Source of the DNA: Kiritimatiellia bacterium
GTDB taxonomy: Bacteria; Verrucomicrobiota; Kiritimatiellia; JAAZAB01
Direction: 5' to 3'
NCBI GenBank assembly: GCA_050944835.1
Contig: JBMNRV010000004.1
Span: 12,695 to 76,694 of the forward strand
Length of the DNA: 64,000 nt
The notes under the pieces are model-generated. The model ran no database searches. It saw nothing but the letters and a program-made list of their open reading frames with translations, and was not told the origin of the DNA. How positions within the stretch are numbered: position 1 is the stretch's first letter; each line of letters begins with the position of its first letter. The translations under genes were made by a program, and so were the position numbers. Below are positions 50,501 through 59,417 of this stretch, in pieces.

Positions 50501-50833
50501 CCAGTTATAGGGGTACATCTCCAAATCGCCCGACTTGAAGGTAACGCCGACTTCATAAGGAATTACCGCGCGCGGCACGTTGGGTGGCGGAACAAGCGTG
50601 CGCAACTTTTCATCGTCGTATTTCAGCCACTTGTCCGTGCGGGCAATGATTGCGTCCCGTTCCAGCCGCGCCCACTCATATTTTTCAAGGTTTTGTTTTA
50701 AAACCGCCATTTTGGCGGCGGTATAATAAGCGCGCTCCGCTCCGGCCCGGGCCGAATTAACGCCCGCGCAAAACAGCGCAGTCAGGCAGAAGATAATCCC
50801 ATGCGCGCAGTTTATTGTAGCGGAGCGCTTCAT
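47594..50833 (-). CDS. Heparinase II/III-like polysaccharide lyase (alginate-lyase-like N-domain plus Hepar_II_III C-domain), secreted, 1079 aa
   Basis: YGYYPFHSHWDRLQLDIYSQGHALIPDFGY matches the heparinase II/III H-x-H-x-D...G...D-x-G core. Signal peptide present. GGAGGTG RBS. Confidence 0.75.
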   Translation of the reverse strand: MKRSATINCAHGIIFCLTALFCAGVNSARAGAERAYYTAAKMAVLKQNLEKYEWARLERDAIIARTDKWLKYDDEKLRTLVPPPNVPRAVIPYEVGVTFKSGDLEMYPYNWQVSFDKPWKLTAPNGREYPSNDFEAFLRSGCKDRSLLTGEFPDDGWGWHVPGEDRKVWFVAYYAHQLIMRHFLPALDDLSRAYLFTDDARYAHACALLLWQVAEYYPRYFYEKQSREGESRPDYRGRMLNRGWECLGPACIAPPAYDAVRPAIENDAALLKLTGLTGAEICDRIESRFLRVMADDIMAGNNRVVSSCGVQQLALLRLGVTLRDSKLIQSAISNPDPKPKGSWYISCLGLEEQFNNLIHGDGFPWSAPHYNTLMLDSFAKIAYELPCLPVKERTRMEEIVRRDRFRKMFTWPMRMICAGEFLPAFGDTPSHAAGSVRERDVFEVAYNLTHDVLVAKALLQMRRDKSGNNKTDLFTGKPRAPDLFCEWATDEELAASAGKYPDVLGVTSELLPGLGWASLQTGTGTNRTALAILYGYYPFHSHWDRLQLDIYSQGHALIPDFGYVTGSKGFYETYIYNTLAHNTVMINAAKQMTKKTCSSENATRQINKGRLHVYDPGAFAQLVEVSSEDCYDDVKLYRRTLMLVDVSPTNAYIVDIFRVRGGKQHDWLVHGPPKAEFKSSLDFGAPVTNGTLAGTNVPYGCFYDDARFTPENVAKRYNKGNVPYWDYRGSGFQWLFNAQEARLSGNSAAGASWHLDASDDVALRAHILAAHQDGQGETVFACDGVPRQGGFSEPVKFLVRRRSGDDLESVYVAVYEPYRKTPFIDSVRVLPLAGQDLPVALEISMGGRKHVVFSRLETPDGESASILELDGGDVKIAARTAALEQGADGELRWIYLLDNNRSAGLESLLPPPQDELADLTAVVKSVDYEKGEITLSGPILQGLQPAGGTAIVTRGLTNGIYGSAIPVEKILAADRFNVGDNELYENVLYVDRIKGRRLRVYPDALFYVEPGMTVVNEAHEPVGRVVSVGEREIELEEAVGPVNPEHFPDRDGDGRRMIRLMVVGPGDKITLHRSWRRSL

Positions 50834-51235
50834 TATTCAAACACCTCCAATGTCATCCCACACACAGACAGACGCGTATGGAGCCCGGACTGGAGCAAAC
50901 CGCCAAGGCGCCAAGGGAAGCAAGAGAGAAAGTTTATTGGAGTGATATGGCAGGCCGCGCTGTCCGCCATGCGGGCATGGATCGGCGGACACCTGGATAC
51001 TCGAATGAATTCGCGTATCAGGGTGTCAACCAATCCGCCAGACCGGCAGATGCCGGTCAACGCGGCATGCGTTCGTGATCCAAAAAACTTGCTTCTTCCT
51101 CCACGTCTCCGCGTCTTCGCGTGACACCATACCCTCTTGTGCATCTTGTGCATCTTTGTGGCTAATCTCCTTCCCTAAACTCCTCCTCCGCGTTCCCGCG
51201 CCTCCGTGTGCCCCTCTCCCTTCTCAATCTGCGTT

Positions 51236-53203
51236 TTACTCTGCAGAATCATTACCGTTACTTACACGTCCATCGTCCTTTTCGTCAACGACACCGCGGC
51301 CGAGCGCCCAGAACAGGTATTTCAAATCAAAAATTCCGCCGATACAAATCCAGATGAGGACGACTACACCGATTATAAAACCGAGCCAGGCCTTAAAATG
51401 CCAGAACTTAGACCACCAAGCCACAGAGGTCTCGCCAAAACAATGGTAGATCGTTACACCTGCAAAAAACACCAGCCAGGCAAGCTGCCAGAACTGCCAG
51501 GCAAAATAGATTATTTTATCGCCAAAGGTGAACTCGTCGGTCAGGCCTAGCCGCTTCCAACTGAAGATTTTCACACTCTTGACACCGTGCTCTCCGGCCT
51601 TGTCATACTTGCCGCGGTGCAGCAGTTTCTCAAGATTGTAATCTTGCTTATAGGTCAAAAGGGAAATGACAACATAAAGCGTCGTGCATATCAGGCAGGA
51701 AGTAATATATATCTGTTGGCTATTGAAGAGCAGTTCGCCTGATTCCTTCAGGAAAAAGGCCGGCTTGATCTGTTGCAGCGCCATGCCGCCAAGCGACAAC
51801 ACGGCGCCGGTAATCATCGCGGTCCATGCCGCCGGCGCTGTGCCCTTTTTCCAGTATAAGGCTCCGATAATACACACCCCTGCCCCGGAGACAAAAATAC
51901 TGAAAGTGACGTTCAAAAAGACAAACAGATACTCAACCTGCCGGAAAAAATAACCGAAGAGATAAATCAGCGCGCCGACTAGAACGATTGAAATGCGCAG
52001 CCAGAAAATATGTTGAGTAGTGGTGAACGGTTGCTTGCGCAGAGGCGCCACCACATCCTGAATAAAAATTGAACCCCATGAATGAAAATTGGTGTCATCC
52101 GCGCTAATGGAAATTGCCGCCATGAAAGTGGCAAACAGGCCTAACATCCCGACTGGTAAAACCAAACCAAGCGCCGTAGGCGTCAACATCTGTGTGCGCA
52201 GGGTCGGGTTGGCAATGCCGCTTAAAACCTGATTAACTTTTTCAGCCACCGGCTGATAGCTGGAGTTGTACATGATCACGTAAACAGCGGCCGGGATCAT
52301 CATCAACATCAGAGCTTGAACCACGCCGCGCCAGCCGCTTATAAGTGAGGCCATCCGGTTCTCATGCGGGGTTTTTGCGGCGCAAGCATAGCCCCGCGAG
52401 CCCTGCCAAGCAAACTGGGAATAAAACGTGGTAAACATTCCCCAGACCCAATACCATGCATTATAAGCCTTGAGTCCTTCAGAGCGGTAGGGATGCACCA
52501 GCGAAACCCCCTCCGGCGCCGCGGTCATTGCATTGATAATGGAATCCCAGCGGGGCACAACCGCAACGAATACAAATACCAGCAACACGATAAACATGAT
52601 ATTGCAGAACATGCCCTGTATAAAATCGGTAACCGTGATGGCCACCTGACCGCCGACAGTCGCGAAGAAGACCCCAATCGCTATAATCAAAAACAAGATG
52701 GAGGCATAAGTGTCCAACGGCATACCCGCCACGGAATACGTCTCTGGCAAGCCGCAAAAATATATAAAAAACCGCGCCGTAACTGCTGGGAAAATGCCGT
52801 AATTTATGATGCCGGCCACCCAGGCCAGGATGCCGGTGAAAATCCTGAATTTTTTGCTATAGCGGGCTTCAAACAATTGGGACAGCGTAAACACCCGCGT
52901 TTCCCGGTAACGATAAACAAGCCAGCCGGTCAATGCCAAAAACAAAAAAACCGGCCAACGTGTCATATACCACCAAGCCGGCGTGAAACCGGCAACGTAA
53001 TACATTTCAAAAGCGCCAATTATGGAGACCGTGCCCAACCAGGTAATATCCGCTGAAATGCTCAGCACATAACGACCGGCGCAGCGGTTGGCCGCCAGAA
53101 AATCGGCGGGACTTTTGATATAGCGGTTGCAATAAAAAAGAACCGCTACCAGAAACGCGATAAATACTCCGAGTATGCTCCAGTCTATCCAATGCATGTA
53201 CAT
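51236..53203 (-). CDS. Sodium:solute symporter family (SSF) transporter, 655 aa
   Basis: 13-14 TM helices and SSF-type sequence (e.g. ...GGQVAITVTDFIQG..., RYIKSPADFLAANR). Confidence 0.8.
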   Translation of the reverse strand: MYMHWIDWSILGVFIAFLVAVLFYCNRYIKSPADFLAANRCAGRYVLSISADITWLGTVSIIGAFEMYYVAGFTPAWWYMTRWPVFLFLALTGWLVYRYRETRVFTLSQLFEARYSKKFRIFTGILAWVAGIINYGIFPAVTARFFIYFCGLPETYSVAGMPLDTYASILFLIIAIGVFFATVGGQVAITVTDFIQGMFCNIMFIVLLVFVFVAVVPRWDSIINAMTAAPEGVSLVHPYRSEGLKAYNAWYWVWGMFTTFYSQFAWQGSRGYACAAKTPHENRMASLISGWRGVVQALMLMMIPAAVYVIMYNSSYQPVAEKVNQVLSGIANPTLRTQMLTPTALGLVLPVGMLGLFATFMAAISISADDTNFHSWGSIFIQDVVAPLRKQPFTTTQHIFWLRISIVLVGALIYLFGYFFRQVEYLFVFLNVTFSIFVSGAGVCIIGALYWKKGTAPAAWTAMITGAVLSLGGMALQQIKPAFFLKESGELLFNSQQIYITSCLICTTLYVVISLLTYKQDYNLEKLLHRGKYDKAGEHGVKSVKIFSWKRLGLTDEFTFGDKIIYFAWQFWQLAWLVFFAGVTIYHCFGETSVAWWSKFWHFKAWLGFIIGVVVLIWICIGGIFDLKYLFWALGRGVVDEKDDGRVSNGNDSAE

Positions 53204-53230
53204 AATAAGACCCTGTTGTTTTCCGATTCC

Positions 53231-53453
53231 TTAATAGATACTGAAAAACGTGCCGTTATGAATATATTCGTAAGCGCCCATATCCACAATGCCGTAGCGG
53301 ATGCGCCGGCGTCCATCCAGATTAAGCTGCCCATCCGCCACCCAATGACACGTAAACGGTTTTTGCCCATACCCCGTCAGCGGCCGCCAAAAGACAGCCC
53401 TGCCAAACCCATCCGCGCAACAACCGACTACGATCCAACAATGCGACCTTCAT
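53231..53453 (-). pseudogene. Deletion remnant of a beta-helix paralog: first ~38 codons (MKVALLDRSRLLRGWVWQGCLLAAADGVWAKTVYVSL) fused out of frame to the last ~32 codons (...QLNLDGRRRIRYGIVDMGAYEYIHNGTFFSIY*)
   Basis: 53231-53345 aligns with 45895-46010 (3' end of gene 45886-47484), and 53345-53460 aligns with its 5' end. The junction lies at a ttgg(c/g)tgg microhomology, and the fused reading frame stops after 43 codons (GGGWAA*). Confidence 0.7.
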
Positions 53454-53480
53454 ATTCCACCACCTGTTATGCATTAATGT
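53350..53480 (-). repeat. Conserved leader cassette copy 2 (drives the remnant ORF, immediately upstream of the SSF transporter)
   Basis: ...ggtgaaacattaatgcataacaggtggtggaatATGAAGGTCGCATTGTTGGATCGTAGTCGG... Confidence 0.8.
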
Positions 53481-53527
53481 TTCACCAAGTCGTTTGCAAC
53501 AATTCAAGCATACGCGTTGATGACATT

Positions 53528-56500
53528 TCACCCCGACATTCCTGGGCCTTTCCATGCCCTGATAAAAACATGGCCAGCGCCGCGCAATAGTTGCGCGCTG
53601 ATCGTCAGCCTGGATTTGTCCGGGCCGACAGCAATGTCGTTGTCAGCGAGTTCGCCGCGCAAATTCCGGTTTTCATCATAAACCGCCACCTTCGAGACTG
53701 GGAACGGCAAAACAATCTCTATTGCATAAGGCGTTTCCAGACGGTAAAGCATTTCTTCCCCGGCATCCTCGCACAAATCCAAGGCAAGCATGACCGGCAC
53801 AAAATAACTATCACCCGCTTGCAGGTCGCAAATCTGGAATGAATCGCCGACCGCAAAGCCGTCGTTGTCGTCAACCTGTATAATATACTCATGACGCACC
53901 TTATTGATATGTGTCGCGCGGCCGTTGCAGGAATTAAGAATCATCTTGTTCTTAAAATAATCGTTATCGCGGTTTTGCAAATCAAGCGGGCCTAAACTGT
54001 AAGGCAGGAAATACCAGGTTTTAATCGTATTGTTTGAGACCAACCCGGCGACCTTGCCATCCGCGATGAAAAACGACGGTTCCCGGACGGTGACGGTTGC
54101 CTTATCCTCTCCCGCTATCGGCTGAATTTGATTGATATGATAGAGACTGCCATGGGAATATGCGCCGGCATTGAAATGGATGCGGTCACACCCCGAAAAT
54201 TCCGGGAGCCGCCCGCTGAGCGTCATTTCATTCCGCGCATAATCAATGGCGGCAATCTCACCCTGAAACGGCTGCGGGGCAATTGCTTTAATTTTCCAGC
54301 CACCGAAATCAGCCTCGGTACCGTTGAATAAACGCATTTTCAGCAATTGGCCATCTTTCACCGAGCAGAAAAAGTATTCGCCGCTGAACGAGCCCAGGGA
54401 ACGATCCCCCTCGCGCAACAGGTGCGCAACCGCCGGATTCCCGGCCCGGGCAATATAATCCAGCCGTTTTTCAGCCGGCCGGGGCGTATTGGCCGCAGGC
54501 AACCCCCCACTCTTGTTATCCAGATACATTTCCACCAACCCCATGCCGCCATCGGCCGTCAAACAAAACCGGAGCAAATGTTTTCCGGCGGACAAATGGA
54601 TGTTGCCGACTGGGACAGTTGCATATTCAAAAGTTGAAGTGGCGCTTTTCCCATCAAAGACGGAGCCGACCGGCTGGTCGTCAATGAACGCCTGCCATTC
54701 GCCGAAGTGGCGCGTCCGCAGAAACTTAAAAGCCAGATCGTATTCCGCCGACTCCGGTGTTTCAAACTCAAAGGCGATGGAATTTCCCTTCAGAGCCGAG
54801 GCGATCATCAGTGAATTATAAAGAGCGTCACGTTCCGTATTCAGGCCCAATGACTCCTTGACCGGCGCTTTTATAAATTCGTAAATCATCAGATTATTCT
54901 TATCGGGACGAGTTTCGTCCGCAGCGACAGTGTTTACGCTTAAAACCGCTCCGCAGGGATCCGGATCGCTTTCCGCAGAAGGTCCGCCGGCGGAAACGGG
55001 AACAACCGTCAACTCCCCGACCTGCAAGACCGCCGGCTCACGCTCATAGAAATGGATAACGCTGAAAAACCGGCTGACACCGTCTCCTTGGTCCCGGGCA
55101 ATCACAAATTTGGTTTTGGTCGGCGGCGGCGACAAGGGTCCATCAGCCACGAATATGCTCCGGCCCGCCGCCGGCAGCATAGTCAATTCCACGTTTGCCG
55201 GGTAATATTCGTCGCACGCGCTCCAGCGCGCGCTCCATAGGCAGTTGCCTTCGGCTTGCGCATAGTCAATCAGGAACCCATACCCGGCGCCAGGCGGACC
55301 CCGCTGGTATTTAGACTCGGGCGTCCATCCCTTAACACGGTAATCGGCCATAATGGCATCGCCATAACGAATGTCCGGTCCGGCCATGGAACCGGCGCGC
55401 ACAATCTCCCCCATGGCCAGACCGGTTGTGGAAAAATCGCCCTCAATGGAATGGAAGGAATAGTCGCGCTGGCGGCCACCGCCAACATCAAAAATATCAA
55501 CCAGATAAACATCGCTATCGTTAATGTCAACAAGCGCCAGATTACGGCGATACAAGGAAATATCCTCAGCCTGATAAGCGGTTTCATCATGTGCCTCGGC
55601 GACACTGAAGCCGGGCGAAGCAAAAAAGTAATTCAAGCTTCCCCCGCCGCCGGCATCCTCAAGCTGCGACTTGCCGTTAACGGCAACAGTATTATGCGCA
55701 ATGGTGTGCCCAGCCCAGCCGTAGCGGAAATGATTGGCGCCGCCACCGGTTTCCAGCGACAATTCCCGCCCCAGACCGTAAAACAGAAAAGCCAACTCGT
55801 CCAGATGCCCGTGGTTTAGGGTGGGACCATAGCGGAAAAACACACTGGACTCGTTCGTCCTGGGACCGGCACGAAGCAAAACCAGCCCATTGCAGCCGAA
55901 CAAGGCGCTTGGGTTGCGGTCCGGCGTCTCCGGCGGCGGATTGCTGGTAAAATCCGGCGCATGGAAAAGGAGCCAATCATCGGCTTCATAGGCGCCGACG
56001 ACATCCCCGCCGGTATAACCATCCAGAATCTGCCGGTATTGCGAAGCGTTGTCAGGATCATACACGTAAAACTTTACGGCATTGATAAAATCGCGGCGGT
56101 TGAACGGCGGTGGATTGCGGATGATGGCCCGGTCAATCGTATGGTCGCCGAAGTGCGGGAAATGGCCGGAACAGAGATATTTTGACTCACCGCCCAAAAT
56201 GCCTTTACGGTAAACGGGATGGGCGTAAAAATTATACCCCCGGGGATAGTCCGGATTGCGCAGGTTGACGCAAATCGTAGCAATCATTTCCCAAAGCTCG
56301 CGCGTATGGCTTTCATACATCCCTGATGTTTCGTAATAACAGCCATCCCGGTCAAAAGTGTTGGCAAAAAAATTCGGGAGGGCGTAAGGACTAAGGCGCA
56401 GAAGATGATCAACATAATATTTGATCCCCAAGGTTGACCCGACCGACATAACCCCCATAGCCAGGTCCAATCCCCCATTGGTGAAACGATACTGGCCGCT

Positions 56501-57889
56501 GTTGAGCAGCGCCATGCAGTAATCGGCGCTTTTCAACAGAAGTTCATGACGGACATGTTCCTCAATTGTCGTATAGCGGGAGTCGCGGGAAGGCCCGGAA
56601 AAACTCTCCGACATGCAGAGAATGTCATAAGCGGGCGCATAATGACTCGACAAACAAAACGCCACCTGATATTGGGACGCCTGCATGCGTCCGCCACCCG
56701 GATAGTCAACCGGCCCGTCGCAAGCAGGATCAAGCGAGGCGATACAATCCAGGATCAAGGCCGCTTTGTGCGCGTATTTTTCCTCGCCGGAAAGCACATA
56801 CATATAGCAGAGCGACTTCAAAACACTGTCCATTAATTTCTTGACACAGGAAGAATTATAAACACCTAAAAAGCAATGGCGCTTGCCGGTGTCAGGATTA
56901 AACCACCCTTGACCATCATCCGGATGTTCCGCATCTGGAAATTTATGGCGGTTCTTGCAGACAACCTGATGCGGATCTTCAAAACCAACGGCATGCAGAC
57001 GTTCACCGCAAAGCGGGCAAAGCAAGTAATCCAGCCCCCAGATAAAAACCGCATTGGTGGCAGGCATCATTTTCACAATATCAGCATCACTAATATCCAG
57101 CCATTTCTCCGCGGTTTTTTGATATTCCCGATATAACTGCCGGGCCCAGTCATATTTTTCAACCCGCTGCCGGGCCGCGGCAATGTCGTCATGGTGCAAA
57201 AAGAGCGTGGGATGTTCCACAGGATAATTAAAACCTATAGCCTCCGGAATCACCGCGTCCGCCTTGGTATCCGCGTTGAGAAACTCAATTTCATTAATGG
57301 CAAATCCACGGTTGGTGACGTTCCATGTTTCCACGAAAGCAATGCTTATGTTCGTGGCCATGACGGCAGGAAAAGCGATCTGCTGCGGGCCCTCGGCGTT
57401 GATAAAGACTCTCTCAATGGGCGCGTCGCCGTTCAAGGTAAACCGCATCGTTTTCCAGCGGGCAAATCCTTCCCGCGCGCGGAACCTGGTGGTATCCTGA
57501 ATAGAAATGCGGATTTCATTAACTTGGACGGCATTCTTGAACTTAAAATCAAGAACTATGGGGGAACCGGCATCGTATTTTTTATAAAAAAGCGATGAAA
57601 GGTCTCTGTCAAAAAGCGCATTTTTCAGGCGCGTCTTTTCCGCGTCCGTTAATCTTAAAGAGATCTCAACCTCCACATTATCCGGCTGAAAGACGGCAGT
57701 TGGCGGACAGGCAACGGCATCCGGAGATGGACATTGCTCCGCATGACACTGGCAACCGGCTGCAAACAGGCACGCTGATCCCAAAACAACAAACAACCGC
57801 GCCCATACCCCGCCGGCGGCCGCCAAAAGACAGCCCAGCCTAACACAGCCACGCGCCAACCGATTACAATCCAACAATGCGACCTTCAT
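53528..57889 (-). CDS. Giant (1453-aa) heparinase II/III-like polysaccharide lyase carrying the conserved MKVALLD... leader
   Basis: FFRYGPTLNHGHLDELAFLFYGLGRELSLETGG...HNTVAVNG is the Hepar_II_III core. N-terminus MKVALLDCNRLARGCVRLGCLLAAAGGVWA. Confidence 0.7.
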   Translation of the reverse strand: MKVALLDCNRLARGCVRLGCLLAAAGGVWARLFVVLGSACLFAAGCQCHAEQCPSPDAVACPPTAVFQPDNVEVEISLRLTDAEKTRLKNALFDRDLSSLFYKKYDAGSPIVLDFKFKNAVQVNEIRISIQDTTRFRAREGFARWKTMRFTLNGDAPIERVFINAEGPQQIAFPAVMATNISIAFVETWNVTNRGFAINEIEFLNADTKADAVIPEAIGFNYPVEHPTLFLHHDDIAAARQRVEKYDWARQLYREYQKTAEKWLDISDADIVKMMPATNAVFIWGLDYLLCPLCGERLHAVGFEDPHQVVCKNRHKFPDAEHPDDGQGWFNPDTGKRHCFLGVYNSSCVKKLMDSVLKSLCYMYVLSGEEKYAHKAALILDCIASLDPACDGPVDYPGGGRMQASQYQVAFCLSSHYAPAYDILCMSESFSGPSRDSRYTTIEEHVRHELLLKSADYCMALLNSGQYRFTNGGLDLAMGVMSVGSTLGIKYYVDHLLRLSPYALPNFFANTFDRDGCYYETSGMYESHTRELWEMIATICVNLRNPDYPRGYNFYAHPVYRKGILGGESKYLCSGHFPHFGDHTIDRAIIRNPPPFNRRDFINAVKFYVYDPDNASQYRQILDGYTGGDVVGAYEADDWLLFHAPDFTSNPPPETPDRNPSALFGCNGLVLLRAGPRTNESSVFFRYGPTLNHGHLDELAFLFYGLGRELSLETGGGANHFRYGWAGHTIAHNTVAVNGKSQLEDAGGGGSLNYFFASPGFSVAEAHDETAYQAEDISLYRRNLALVDINDSDVYLVDIFDVGGGRQRDYSFHSIEGDFSTTGLAMGEIVRAGSMAGPDIRYGDAIMADYRVKGWTPESKYQRGPPGAGYGFLIDYAQAEGNCLWSARWSACDEYYPANVELTMLPAAGRSIFVADGPLSPPPTKTKFVIARDQGDGVSRFFSVIHFYEREPAVLQVGELTVVPVSAGGPSAESDPDPCGAVLSVNTVAADETRPDKNNLMIYEFIKAPVKESLGLNTERDALYNSLMIASALKGNSIAFEFETPESAEYDLAFKFLRTRHFGEWQAFIDDQPVGSVFDGKSATSTFEYATVPVGNIHLSAGKHLLRFCLTADGGMGLVEMYLDNKSGGLPAANTPRPAEKRLDYIARAGNPAVAHLLREGDRSLGSFSGEYFFCSVKDGQLLKMRLFNGTEADFGGWKIKAIAPQPFQGEIAAIDYARNEMTLSGRLPEFSGCDRIHFNAGAYSHGSLYHINQIQPIAGEDKATVTVREPSFFIADGKVAGLVSNNTIKTWYFLPYSLGPLDLQNRDNDYFKNKMILNSCNGRATHINKVRHEYIIQVDDNDGFAVGDSFQICDLQAGDSYFVPVMLALDLCEDAGEEMLYRLETPYAIEIVLPFPVSKVAVYDENRNLRGELADNDIAVGPDKSRLTISAQLLRGAGHVFIRAWKGPGMSG

Positions 57890-57915
57890 GTTATCCTATC
57901 TGTTATGTATTAAGC
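57790..57915 (-). repeat. Conserved leader cassette copy 3
   Basis: ...gcttaatacataacagataggataacATGAAGGTCGCATTGTTGGATTGTAATCGG... aligns with the other two copies. Confidence 0.8.
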
Positions 57916-58063
57916 TAAAAAGAAATAATCTTGCGCCATGACACAACCTGCTTCAAAAAAAATAGTTGTTTTTTACACATGAACATTTAGCCTTAAAAAA
58001 ATCGTTGCTGTTAAATAAATTTATGTTGGTTCCCAAATAAATTTCGCCTGAATCCATGACGGG

Positions 58064-59341
58064 TCAAGCGTCCACCATGCCGGCCTCCGCCACCATCCGC
58101 TCCACCGTCTCATATAAACGCGGTAACTCACTGATGGCGGCCCGGCCGCCGGGTCCAGCCCAGGGCAACCCCTGCTGGCTGGGCCACTCGCCGTTTTGGA
58201 TGAAACAGTCAGTCGCTTGAGATAGATCGTCAATTTGCAGGAATTCGGCCTGATCCTCCGGCTGGACTTTCCGCTGGATATATTGCGGAGAAATTTGGTG
58301 GATGCGCCCGGCGGCAACATACACCAGATCGCACAACTGCACAAACGGACGCGTATCCTCCAACCGGGTCAACGGCCGCTCCGCCTCGCCGCGCAAATAT
58401 GCATAATAAGCACAATGGTTTTCCTTCAGCTTAGTCATCGGCGTATCCGGCGCCAACGGTATTGGTATTGTTTCCTGTCGGCCGTCATGCCAAGCAATCC
58501 GGTATCCTTCTTCCTTAACGAAAATGCGCGCCTTATCACAAACCAGCCACTCCATCCGTTCAGGTTGCCAGCAGGCATGGGACATCACTATCGTCAGACG
58601 CACACCACCGCCCAGACCGGCGCGCACAAAGGACGTATCCATGCCTTGGATGGAATGCGCGCGGTAGAGTTCAGCCTCCGCCCATTCGACGGGCGCCCAA
58701 TCCAAGACATCACGCATACCGCCCCAAAAGAGAATATTATGCACGTAATGCGCCATAGCGTTACCCATGCCGGAATCCAACACCAGCCGCCCGTTCAGCA
58801 TCAGCCGCCCAGCCCATGGGGCCCGGCTGTAATAGTTGTTGGAGCGCTCCCATAGCCCGCGATAGCCGACTTCGCGCAGTTGGCCGAACTCGCCGGCCAC
58901 CAAGCGCTGCTTCATTTTCCGGCGCTCGCCTTCGACAATATGATTGAATCCCACCTGCGTCAACTTTTCGGCCCGCGCCTCCACCTCCAGCATCTCGTCC
59001 AATTCCTGGTAATTCAACGTGGGCGGCTTTTCCAGATAAACCGCCAAGCCGCGCTCGATACAGGCGCGGTGCATAGGGGCGTGCAGCGGCACCGGCGTGG
59101 GAATCACCACCATATCCAATTCGGCGGCACAGTAATCCAGCATGGCAAGATAATTGTCAAACACCTTGATGCCGCGGCGCCGGTATTCCCATTCCGACAT
59201 TTTGTCTTTGAATTTGCTCAAATCCGGATCGCAGGAACAGACCAACCGACAGGCGCCGGTTGCCTCCAACTGCTTCACCGCAAGCTGATGCGAGCCCGCG
59301 AAGCCGCCCATCCCGATAATGCCGACACTAATTGGCGCCAT
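58064..59341 (-). CDS. Gfo/Idh/MocA-family oxidoreductase (cytoplasmic)
   Basis: MAPISVGIIGMGGFAGSHQ Rossmann N-terminus, 425 aa. Confidence 0.8.
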   Translation of the reverse strand: MAPISVGIIGMGGFAGSHQLAVKQLEATGACRLVCSCDPDLSKFKDKMSEWEYRRRGIKVFDNYLAMLDYCAAELDMVVIPTPVPLHAPMHRACIERGLAVYLEKPPTLNYQELDEMLEVEARAEKLTQVGFNHIVEGERRKMKQRLVAGEFGQLREVGYRGLWERSNNYYSRAPWAGRLMLNGRLVLDSGMGNAMAHYVHNILFWGGMRDVLDWAPVEWAEAELYRAHSIQGMDTSFVRAGLGGGVRLTIVMSHACWQPERMEWLVCDKARIFVKEEGYRIAWHDGRQETIPIPLAPDTPMTKLKENHCAYYAYLRGEAERPLTRLEDTRPFVQLCDLVYVAAGRIHQISPQYIQRKVQPEDQAEFLQIDDLSQATDCFIQNGEWPSQQGLPWAGPGGRAAISELPRLYETVERMVAEAGMVDA

Positions 59342-59417
59342 ATTGGAAAATTCCTTTTACACCACCCTTTCAAACACCTGGTTTCTCTGTCCCACAGGGA
59401 TCCAGAAAATCAGACGG

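Noticed and set aside
53192-53590. 132-aa plus-strand ORF spanning the remnant
   Set aside because: It is an opposite-strand reading of the duplicated gene ends and has no independent support.
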